Below are positions 14,381 through 22,107 of a DNA stretch of 57,911 bases, in pieces. How positions within the stretch are numbered: the first letter of the stretch is position 1; each line of letters begins with the position of its first letter. The notes beneath the pieces were generated by a model, which made no database searches, was not told where the DNA came from, and saw only the letters and a list, made by a program, of their open reading frames with translations. Location of the stretch: positions 1 to 57,911 of IMG/VR virus record IMGVR_UViG_3300027777_000041; one strand, written 5' to 3'. Source of the stretch: a virus. Lineage: Duplodnaviria; Caudoviricetes. The position numbers and the translations under genes were made by a program.

Positions 14381-15015
14381 TGGAACAGCGCAGTGATGAA
14401 TGGTTTGCGGCTCGCCTCGGCAAAGTCACGGCATCCCGCGTAGCTGACATTATCGCCAAGACCAAGACCGGCTATAGCACTAGCCGAGCTAATTACATGA
14501 GCGAATTGATTTGCGAACGTCTGACTGGAAAACGTACTGCGTTCTTTCAGACCGCCGCAATGGCGTGGGGGACAAACACGGAGCCGATGGCGGCGCTGGC
14601 TTATGAGGCCAAGACCGGCAATCTGGTTGAGGGGGTAGGGTTTGTCCCCCATCCTACTATTGAAGCCGCTGGCGCAAGCCCTGATGGCCTTGTAGACCAT
14701 GATGGCTTGATCGAAATCAAGTGCCCTAACACATCTACTCATTTGGACACTGTATTGGCTAGTACTCCACCAACACAGTATGTTGCCCAGATGCAATGGC
14801 AAATGGCCTGCACAGGTCGCCAGTGGTGTGACTTCATATCATTTGATCCGCGCCTGCCTGAGAAGATGCAAATCTTTATTCAGCGTGTTCCACGGGATGA
14901 CGATATGATTGCTAACTTGGAGAAGGAAGTGAACCTTTTCCTTAAAGAGATAGGCGACAAGATCGCCTTGCTGGACGCAGCTTTTAACGTAGAAGGGGAA
15001 GACAATGGCATATGA
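14377..15015 (+). CDS. YqaJ/lambda-type exonuclease
   Basis: EQRSDEWFAARLGKVTAS; GASPDGLV; EIKCP; QMQWQM. Confidence 0.92.
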   Translation: MMEQRSDEWFAARLGKVTASRVADIIAKTKTGYSTSRANYMSELICERLTGKRTAFFQTAAMAWGTNTEPMAALAYEAKTGNLVEGVGFVPHPTIEAAGASPDGLVDHDGLIEIKCPNTSTHLDTVLASTPPTQYVAQMQWQMACTGRQWCDFISFDPRLPEKMQIFIQRVPRDDDMIANLEKEVNLFLKEIGDKIALLDAAFNVEGEDNGI

Positions 15016-15268
15016 ACAGCGTGATAATACCGGCGCTATGTTTAAGAACACCCGCAAAGAAAATGACAAGCAGCCTAACCTTACTGGCAACGCCCTCATT
15101 GAGGGTGTTGATTATTGGGTTAGTGGGTGGACTAAGGTAGATAAAAACAATGAGAATTGGATCAGTTTTTCACTAAAGCGCAAAGATGGGAACACGGCAT
15201 CCGGCAACAAGCCAGCGCCAAATCGCCAGACGGCGGCTGAACTTGAAGACAATGATCTGCCTTTTTGA
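15005..15268 (+). CDS. Putative ssDNA-binding protein
   Basis: Small beta-rich protein ending DNDLPF, inside the recombination operon. Confidence 0.6.
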   Translation: MAYEQRDNTGAMFKNTRKENDKQPNLTGNALIEGVDYWVSGWTKVDKNNENWISFSLKRKDGNTASGNKPAPNRQTAAELEDNDLPF

Positions 15269-15276
15269 GGTTAACT

Positions 15277-15591
15277 ATGGAAAACGCCCCCTTGTCAGAG
15301 CAATTTCGACTTGCAGCAGAAGAATGGGTAGACGCTGATGCAGCCGCTAATTTCTTAGAGGAAACCAAGGGTGCGGTGTTGTCACGCATGATGGCGGCTT
15401 ACGGTGAAATAGCCGTAAGCCGCGCAGAAATGAATGTCAAATCATCCGACGCTTGGATGGATCACTTGAAGAAAATGTTGGCGGCGCGTGAAAAAGCCGC
15501 CATGCTAAAAGTAAAAGTAGACTACATCAAAATGCGATTCCAAGAATGGCAATCAGCAGAAGCAAACAACCGCGCTGAAATGCGCCTATAG
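15277..15591 (+). CDS. Helical hypothetical protein (possible recombination mediator)
   Basis: GAGG RBS; coiled-coil character. Confidence 0.65.
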   Translation: MENAPLSEQFRLAAEEWVDADAAANFLEETKGAVLSRMMAAYGEIAVSRAEMNVKSSDAWMDHLKKMLAAREKAAMLKVKVDYIKMRFQEWQSAEANNRAEMRL

Positions 15592-15600
15592 GAGAAACAG

Positions 15601-15933
15601 ATGAAAAACAAAATGGAGCGCCTTGAAAAAGAAATCTCCGAAATGCCCGAGGGACAAACCAAGGATGTTTCTGAACTTTTTCTTGAAATTGAAAAGACCC
15701 TTGATGGCAGTGATTTTGCCATGAAAATGTCGGCACTTTCAACGGCTATGTTGAATGCCATCATGGAGTATGCTGACGACTCAAATGAAGCCCGCTCACA
15801 TGCGGCTATTGTATCCTACAATTTAGTTTGGGGGATTCAAATGGCCTGTGAAGCCATGAAGCAAACAATGGAAGGGCATGATGCAGACCAAGAGCTTGAT
15901 GATGAATTTCACAAGCAAATGATGAAGCATTAA
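15601..15933 (+). CDS. Hypothetical protein
   Basis: AGGAG RBS; 110 aa. Confidence 0.7.
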   Translation: MKNKMERLEKEISEMPEGQTKDVSELFLEIEKTLDGSDFAMKMSALSTAMLNAIMEYADDSNEARSHAAIVSYNLVWGIQMACEAMKQTMEGHDADQELDDEFHKQMMKH

Positions 15934-16295
15934 TGAAACGGGTCCGTATTACAGCAAAAATGCGGGCTGACATTTTTTTGCGACATAGTGGCGTATGCCA
16001 TTTATGTTGCATGAAGGTGGTGCCGGGTGAAGATTGGGACGTTAGCCATGAAATCCCATTGGAAGCTGGCGGTAAGGACGATGATACTAATTGGCTGGTT
16101 GCTCATCGCAAGTGTCATCGCACCCATACTAGCAAAGTGGACATCCCGCTAATAGCAAAGGTTAAACGCATCCATCAAAAACACATAGGTGCCAAACGCC
16201 CTAAATCTCAGATGCCGGGTGGGCGAAATTCTATGTGGAAGAAAAAGATGGATGGATCTGTTGTTAGAAGGGATGGGAAACATGACGGAGAGTAA
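15933..16295 (+). CDS. HNH endonuclease
   Basis: CHLC...WDVSHEIPLEAGG.D...N...AHRKCHRTHT. Confidence 0.85.
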   Translation: MKRVRITAKMRADIFLRHSGVCHLCCMKVVPGEDWDVSHEIPLEAGGKDDDTNWLVAHRKCHRTHTSKVDIPLIAKVKRIHQKHIGAKRPKSQMPGGRNSMWKKKMDGSVVRRDGKHDGE

Positions 16296-16740
16296 GACCG
16301 CTTTTCAGGATAGGTTAAAAGGATCTATTCCCGCTGTATTTGTGGTGGCGAAGTGGTTGCACATAAAGGGCTATGATGTAAATGTCCCTGCCCAAAGAAC
16401 CGTCGCTGATGATGGCGATATATTTGCCCACAAGCCTGACCAACCAGTGAAACGCATTGAAGTTAAGGGCAGAAATATAAACTTTACAAGTGCTGCCGAT
16501 TGGCCTTATGTAGATGTTCTAGTATCGAACGAAGCTGCTGTAAAAAGGGCATGGGATGATGATCCGCACTATATTATATTAAATGCTGCGATGACCCATG
16601 CAGCAATTATCGCTCCAGAATCCAAAGAACACTGGAAGGTAATCAAAAAATGGGCTAGTAATACCCGCAAGCACGAAAACTTCTACACATGCCCAACAGA
16701 ACACGTCAAATTCGTCAGAATTGACATTGAAGGAGAATAG
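16282..16740 (+). CDS. PD-(D/E)XK nuclease-like protein
   Basis: DDGDIF...RIEVKGR. Confidence 0.6.
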   Translation: MTESKTAFQDRLKGSIPAVFVVAKWLHIKGYDVNVPAQRTVADDGDIFAHKPDQPVKRIEVKGRNINFTSAADWPYVDVLVSNEAAVKRAWDDDPHYIILNAAMTHAAIIAPESKEHWKVIKKWASNTRKHENFYTCPTEHVKFVRIDIEGE

Positions 16741-16741
16741 C

Positions 16742-17089
16742 ATGAGATTTCTAATTACTATGAACATGCCCAGCACTTCCGGCAACTTGGTCCATCATGT
16801 GACTATGGATGTTAACGAAGTAAACTCATGTGATGAATTTTGTGAAATGATGAACGGCGATGAGTTTATCATAGGCCGCCAATGGTATCGCCGGAAGAAC
16901 TATGATGACAGCATCTTCTGGGAGGATCGCGGAATGACAATTTTGAATACCTCCCACATTGGGAAAGTTCAAGAATTTATCGACATGGAAGAGAAGATCA
17001 ATGATGACGCCCAAGCAAATGCTGGTTCAGTGCGCCGAAATAATGAACCAGCGCGGGGAGGAGTATGGACATCTAGAGGAAAACTTTAA
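16742..17089 (+). CDS. Hypothetical protein
   Basis: AGGAG RBS. Confidence 0.7.
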   Translation: MRFLITMNMPSTSGNLVHHVTMDVNEVNSCDEFCEMMNGDEFIIGRQWYRRKNYDDSIFWEDRGMTILNTSHIGKVQEFIDMEEKINDDAQANAGSVRRNNEPARGGVWTSRGKL

Positions 17090-17282
17090 CAGAATCAGTG
17101 CGGTAGCTTCTGTTATGTTAGGTAAGCACATCAGCAATTACGAAATTGCGATGATGTTGCTTGCCGTCAAGTTGGGCCGCATGAAAGAAAGCAAACACTA
17201 TCTGGACAACTATGTAGACGGCATTAACTACATGGCTATTGCCGCCTATTTTTTGAAAGATGAAACGCCATCTGATGAATAG
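17001..17282 (+). CDS. DUF6378-like protein
   Basis: RGEEYG..EENFNRI...AMMLLAVKLGR...DNYVDGINY. Confidence 0.75.
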   Translation: MMTPKQMLVQCAEIMNQRGEEYGHLEENFNRISAVASVMLGKHISNYEIAMMLLAVKLGRMKESKHYLDNYVDGINYMAIAAYFLKDETPSDE

Positions 17283-17290
17283 GAAACCCA

Positions 17291-17761
17291 ATGAAAACTG
17301 TAATAAACCCTAATACGGATGCAATCATTGATATGTGGCAGACGGGCCTATCCGGCGGACAAATTGCTTGCAGGCTTGGCATTACCCGAAATGCAGTTAT
17401 GGGCATTCTTGGGAGAAGCCGCGCTGCTGGTAAAATTGACTACCGGATAGATATGGAACGGATTAGAAATATCCGGGCTGATGTTGCTGAGATTGAACAA
17501 AAAAGGGCGTCTGTTATTGGTGAGTTTTTGCAGATAGCAATTGCCGGTGGTGATTTGCCTAGCAACAAACCAACCAGTGGCATCACGCTGATGAAACTGA
17601 AACCAAGTTCTTGCCGATATATTATCGGAAGAAATGTGGATGATGAATTTTTGTTCTGTGGAGAACAACGCGGAGCATCATCATACTGTAAAACCCACCA
17701 CAAACTTTGCTATACACCCTTGTCAAAGCTGAAGGAGAAAAACTATGTTGTTACAGCTTAA
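17291..17761 (+). CDS. gcrA: GcrA cell-cycle regulator homologue
   Basis: N-terminal W..GLSGGQIA.RLGITRNAVMG..R; C-terminal TLMKL....CRYIIG...FCG......YC..H...Y. Confidence 0.88.
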   Translation: MKTVINPNTDAIIDMWQTGLSGGQIACRLGITRNAVMGILGRSRAAGKIDYRIDMERIRNIRADVAEIEQKRASVIGEFLQIAIAGGDLPSNKPTSGITLMKLKPSSCRYIIGRNVDDEFLFCGEQRGASSYCKTHHKLCYTPLSKLKEKNYVVTA

Positions 17762-17957
17762 CCCACCAATCCCTGTTGTTACGCCCAAAGGGAAAGGTCT
17801 TGCCCATATTTTAGTGGATTATGGTAGCGACCATGATCTCATTTGGATTGTCTTCCAAAATGATGGGCAATGCTGGTGCTGGCAAAATACAGACATCAGG
17901 GGGCAAACAAACATCACATATGGCCGTTCTACAAGCAGTGAATTTTTGAACCCATAA
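17745..17957 (+). CDS. Hypothetical protein
   Basis: AGGAG RBS; MLLQLNPPIPVVTPKG. Confidence 0.75.
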   Translation: MLLQLNPPIPVVTPKGKGLAHILVDYGSDHDLIWIVFQNDGQCWCWQNTDIRGQTNITYGRSTSSEFLNP

Positions 17958-18003
17958 GAGTCAAATGGCTTGCATGGTTTCGATGATTCTGACATAGTAA
18001 GCG

Positions 18004-18126
18004 GGTCAAGGAATAGTCCTTGGCTTACATGCGGCGATAGTTATGCGTAGGCGCTTGTAGGTCCAGCTCTGTGAATTGTCGAAACGCTTACTTGCCCCGG
18101 TCAGTTCGGTCTGGCCGGGGTTTTTT
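18004..18126 (+). ncRNA. Candidate small RNA
   Basis: TTGCAT-N17-CATAGT at 17970-17998; 5' hairpin TCAAGGA-atag-TCCTTGG; ends in a terminator; no credible ORF. Confidence 0.4.
18094..18126 (+). terminator. Rho-independent terminator at convergence with the late region
   Basis: CCCCGGTCAG...CTGGCCGGGG plus T run. Confidence 0.75.
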
Positions 18127-18493
18127 ATTCAGCGATCAGCTTCCAACTCACCGTAGGCTCATCCCAAACATACTGCTGGCCGTCAGCCGGGTACGGCACG
18201 GGCGCGCTCCACAGCCACGTCGTCTGATCCAGCGTCCAGCTTGCAAAGGGCTGCGGCGCGTAGAACACGTCATTGGCCTGATCGTAGGTGTAGCCAATCC
18301 CTGCGTAATTACCACGCAAGGTCGCGCCGCCATCGGGCTCCCCATCAGGACCGTAATGGACCCCTCCACGGGTGTTGTAGCTGGTCTGTATCCACGAGCC
18401 GGGCGAGGAATCCACGAACGTGTTAAAGAACTCAGGACCGGCGACGATGACTTGGAGTACCTTGCCATCGCAGACCTTGGCGTAATGGCTCAT
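18125..18493 (-). CDS. Tail-fibre-associated (chaperone-like) protein
   Basis: MSHYAKV...WIQTSYNT...RGNYAGIGYTYD...APVPYP; directly follows the Gly-rich fibre gene. Confidence 0.7.
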   Translation of the reverse strand: MSHYAKVCDGKVLQVIVAGPEFFNTFVDSSPGSWIQTSYNTRGGVHYGPDGEPDGGATLRGNYAGIGYTYDQANDVFYAPQPFASWTLDQTTWLWSAPVPYPADGQQYVWDEPTVSWKLIAE

Positions 18494-20064
18494 GCCGTGT
18501 AGCTCCCTGATTGCGTAAACTTAATCACGGTGTTAGACCCGCTTGTTGTCACCACCGTGCTGTATCCGGTGATGGTAGTTGAGGCCGCCACAGTCTGGGA
18601 TGGCGTGACAGTCCAAGACGACCCGCTGCCCGCAGTGATTGTTGTTCCCGCAGTGACGCCCGTGCCAGATAAAACCATACCAATGGCAATGGTTCCAGAC
18701 GTAACAGACGCAACGGTAAGTGTGGTAGCTGCTATAGCTCCAACAAACACAGCCGTAGAGCCGGTTGTGGTGCCTGAGTAGAATGCGGTGGGGACAGACA
18801 GGATCACTACGCCGGAGCCGCCTGCGCCTCCGGCCATTGGGACATAACTACCAGAAACATAACCGCCGCCGCCACCGCCGCCGCCACCTGTGTTTGACGT
18901 TCCAGAACCTGCTGGAGTCGCCAACGCAAGGCCACCAATTCCACCTCCGCCGCTGCCTGCGGCACCCTGAACAGTGGCCCCTCCAGCGGCATAAGCGCCA
19001 CCGCCACCGCCACCAGCATATGTTACGGATGAGCCTGTTATTGAAGACGCTGCACCCGCCCCGCCCGCCGAACCATTGGGGGCTGTGGCAGACGCATTTT
19101 GTCCCGCAGCGCCTGCGCCGCCCCCTCCCGCCCCATCATAGTAAGTGTTATTGGTGGCCCCGTTGCCGCCGATATTTCCTTGACCAGACGTTGCGGTGCC
19201 GCCTGTTGATGTTTGTGATGCACCTTGCGGGGAACCGCCGCCGCCGCCTGAACCGCCACTTCCCGCAGTGGTATTGATGTTGGCGTTCGGGTATCCGGTT
19301 GATACACCCCCGCCAACGGCGGTGAGCGCATTGAAGGTTGAATTGTTGCCAGCGGTCATGCCGGTGGACACGCGAGTTGCCGTTCCACCAGTGCCGCCAG
19401 CGCCAACTGTAACTGTATAAGTGGTGCCAGCAGTTAATGTAGATGTTCCTGTAAGCAGTCCGCCGCCGCCGCCGCCGCCGCCAAGATCGCCGGATGCGCC
19501 TCCGCCCCCTGCGACAACGAGATATGATGCGCTGTATGTTCCGGGGTTTGTGGCGTTGATACCAGAATAAACAAGCCACCCTTGTGTTGCGTCAATGTAA
19601 ACAAGCGCAACGCTTTCACGGGCGGTTGTTGCCGAAAAGCCGCCGCTTCCGCCGTTGATCTTGCTACCGTTCGGCGCGATGGTGACGTTGTTTGTAGCCC
19701 AAGTCCCCGCATAGTCCGTCAACTGCACGATGTTGCCCGCAGACGGGCTGGCGGGGAGCGTGGCGGTGATCGCGGCGGATGTGGTGTTGACGGGGTAGCC
19801 GCTGCCCGACGCAGCAGTGAAAGAGGCAGTGCGGACAGACTGCCAAGTAATACCGCCGCCGCCGCCAGTCTGCGCCACCCATGAGGTGACGCCTGTGCCG
19901 TCAGTACCAAGAACGTACCCGTTCGTCCCAGCCGTCGTAGGCACAGTGAAAGTCCACGTTCCCGCATTCGCCGCGCCAGTGAGCGTGACGACACCGGAGA
20001 CGCTGCCAGCCAACGCAGTGGTGGGAGAGTTGATGCCGGTGGTGCCGGAAAGCGTGATGGACAT
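18490..20064 (-). CDS. Glycine-rich tail fibre / receptor-binding protein
   Basis: YLVVAGGGG...YAGGGGG...NTGGGGG...GGSGVVI Gly-rich domain. Confidence 0.8.
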   Translation of the reverse strand: MSITLSGTTGINSPTTALAGSVSGVVTLTGAANAGTWTFTVPTTAGTNGYVLGTDGTGVTSWVAQTGGGGGITWQSVRTASFTAASGSGYPVNTTSAAITATLPASPSAGNIVQLTDYAGTWATNNVTIAPNGSKINGGSGGFSATTARESVALVYIDATQGWLVYSGINATNPGTYSASYLVVAGGGGASGDLGGGGGGGGLLTGTSTLTAGTTYTVTVGAGGTGGTATRVSTGMTAGNNSTFNALTAVGGGVSTGYPNANINTTAGSGGSGGGGGSPQGASQTSTGGTATSGQGNIGGNGATNNTYYDGAGGGGAGAAGQNASATAPNGSAGGAGAASSITGSSVTYAGGGGGGAYAAGGATVQGAAGSGGGGIGGLALATPAGSGTSNTGGGGGGGGGYVSGSYVPMAGGAGGSGVVILSVPTAFYSGTTTGSTAVFVGAIAATTLTVASVTSGTIAIGMVLSGTGVTAGTTITAGSGSSWTVTPSQTVAASTTITGYSTVVTTSGSNTVIKFTQSGSYTA

Positions 20065-20243
20065 TAGGGGCTCGCGGGTGCAATGGTCAACTTGCCCTCA
20101 TCGACAAGCTGCATGATATTTTGGTAGTCAGTATTGTCTGGATCAAGTGGCACAGAACTTTGCACCCCGTTGATGTCTCAGCGGATGCTAACAGGGCCGT
20201 ATCCGGTAATTGGGTCATTGTAATACTGAGCATTGGTGTACAT
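20064..20243 (-). pseudogene. Fibre-associated small gene interrupted by an in-frame TGA at codon 22
   Basis: MYTNAQYYNDPITGYGPVSIR*DINGVQSSVPLDPDNTDYQNIMQLVDEGKLTIAPASP*; tightly coupled to both neighbours. Confidence 0.65.
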
Positions 20244-20245
20244 GA

Positions 20246-21316
20246 TCAAAGCTCCGAATTGAATTGAACAATTGCACCGCTAATAATGGCCCCGCGCCCA
20301 GCCGTGTAGCCACTTGCAATTGTGAAATCAACACGAGCGCCAGTGGTCGAACCCGCGAACAAACTGCCACCTGTGATGCTGTACCCTGCAAATCCGTCAG
20401 CCATTGTTCCTCCAGAAATCCAAGCGAATGTCGGGGCTGTCCGCATTGTGACGGGGAACTGATACGCCCCCGGAATGGCCGCATTGGCAACCACTCCAGA
20501 CACGGCTGCCTGCGAGGCAAGGAAATACTTCTGGCACTGCGCGAGCTGGTCGCCATAAATTTGCCGCTCATAGGGAGTAGCCACAGAGCCCGGCTCCAAC
20601 TGCACATTACCAATCGTCCATGTGCCGCTTGTCTGAGCCCCGACAGTGAACAAAATTTGCAGGCCGGTCGTGGCCGCAGACGGGATGCTGATTTGAGCAT
20701 TATAGCGCGTCACAGTTGAAGTGACGGTAAATGTGCCTGTGGCGATAGAAGTGACCGTGGGGGATGCCAACGAACCAAATGTGTCAGTCGTGTTGGCGTA
20801 ATAGGCGGTCCATGTGACGGTGGTCAGAAGGCTGTTGGCAAGATCCACAGAGAGCGTTGCGGTCGTATTAGCAAGATCCGCAGAGTTGATTGCCTCAATG
20901 CGCTGGGCAAATCCAATGGCAGTGACAGACGCCGCGCCAGTGAAACGGTAGCGATATTGGTTCGCAGTCGCGCCCGCAATCTGTTGCCCCGTCACGTTTG
21001 CGCCAGTGCAGTAAGCGTAAAAACGATCTACGGTATAAGCCAACGCGGCGGCTGCTGTGATTGTTTGAGCCGCGCCAGCGTTGCGCTGATCAGAAGCCAT
21101 GTTGCCATTGATCAGGCGATTGCGCTTGAAGCTGGAGCCCATTGCGACAGTGCCGGTGGCCGTTATGCTGCCAGCAGCAGTGACGTTGCCCGTCAGCGTG
21201 GATGTCCCCGCCACCGTCAAGTTGTTGCCCACAGCCACATTGCCGCTGGCGTCGTTGACGATGTTGTTCACCGCGCTGGAGGGGTGGAGGATGGTAACGA
21301 CTTTGGCGGTTGACAT
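20246..21316 (-). CDS. Tail fibre/spike protein with carbohydrate-binding-like domain
   Basis: RNRLINGNM..DQR...VDRF...VQLEPGSVATPYE...LAQCQKYF...FPVTMRTAPT. Confidence 0.75.
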   Translation of the reverse strand: MSTAKVVTILHPSSAVNNIVNDASGNVAVGNNLTVAGTSTLTGNVTAAGSITATGTVAMGSSFKRNRLINGNMASDQRNAGAAQTITAAAALAYTVDRFYAYCTGANVTGQQIAGATANQYRYRFTGAASVTAIGFAQRIEAINSADLANTTATLSVDLANSLLTTVTWTAYYANTTDTFGSLASPTVTSIATGTFTVTSTVTRYNAQISIPSAATTGLQILFTVGAQTSGTWTIGNVQLEPGSVATPYERQIYGDQLAQCQKYFLASQAAVSGVVANAAIPGAYQFPVTMRTAPTFAWISGGTMADGFAGYSITGGSLFAGSTTGARVDFTIASGYTAGRGAIISGAIVQFNSEL

Positions 21317-21327
21317 ATCTCGTCTCC

Positions 21328-21543
21328 TTAAGTGCCAGACGTGGAGGCAAGAATGTAATAAACAGTGCCGCCGATATTGATGGCGATTTTATTCGTCACC
21401 GTGTTGGTGGTTGAGGATGACACCGCAGTCGATACGACCGCAGTCCCCGTCGCGTTGGGCAACGTAACTGTGGTGTCGGTAGCCGCCGCAGCAGCCGAGA
21501 GAGTGACGGACCCGCCGCCAGTTCCTTTGATTGATACGGGCAC
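21328..21543 (-). CDS. Small fibre-associated protein
   Basis: GGSVTLSA.....VTLPNATGT; T/A-rich. Confidence 0.7.
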   Translation of the reverse strand: MPVSIKGTGGGSVTLSAAAAATDTTVTLPNATGTAVVSTAVSSSTTNTVTNKIAINIGGTVYYILASTSGT

Positions 21544-22106
21544 TAAATGACACTCCAGTATGAGCCGGGAGAAACCGTAACGACAATTCCAGAATTTATG
21601 GTCACGGGTCCTGCCGTCATTGCATTTTTGCCAACAGGGATAGTATAGCTTGTAGTGATAGTGATGTCATTAAGATAAAATGCGTAATTTGTTCCACCGC
21701 CAGTCGGTGATGTAGAAGAACTAACCAGTGAACAGTTCGTTCCATCGCTAATGACAGTCGCCGTCAACCCATTCGCAACAGTAGCAGTCGTTCCCGCGCC
21801 ACCCGATGCGATGATGACATTGTACCCACCAGAAGTTCCGTTAACAACAACCCATTGGCCACCAACGCTAGTCGGTATTGTATAGGTCACGTCACCGGAA
21901 ATAGACCCCGAAACTTTAAGAATAAGGGGCCGATACTGTGTGCTAGTAAGCGTGGCGTTTCCAGAGGTAGCGTTGAGGTTAGTTGTTCCGCCAAAGGCGC
22001 TATCAATGATGTTCATGTCACCATTGACGGGGATGTTCCACGTATCGACGTAATCGCCATTGGCTGGTAATTCCAAGGACTTGTTGGTGCTGAAAGTACT
22101 AGACAT
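21543..22106 (-). CDS. Tail fibre/adaptor protein
   Basis: N-terminal LELPANG...TW..PVN.DM.IID; C-terminal [21 protein letters not shown] shared with the collagen protein. Confidence 0.75.
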   Translation of the reverse strand: MSSTFSTNKSLELPANGDYVDTWNIPVNGDMNIIDSAFGGTTNLNATSGNATLTSTQYRPLILKVSGSISGDVTYTIPTSVGGQWVVVNGTSGGYNVIIASGGAGTTATVANGLTATVISDGTNCSLVSSSTSPTGGGTNYAFYLNDITITTSYTIPVGKNAMTAGPVTINSGIVVTVSPGSYWSVI

Positions 22107-22107
22107 T

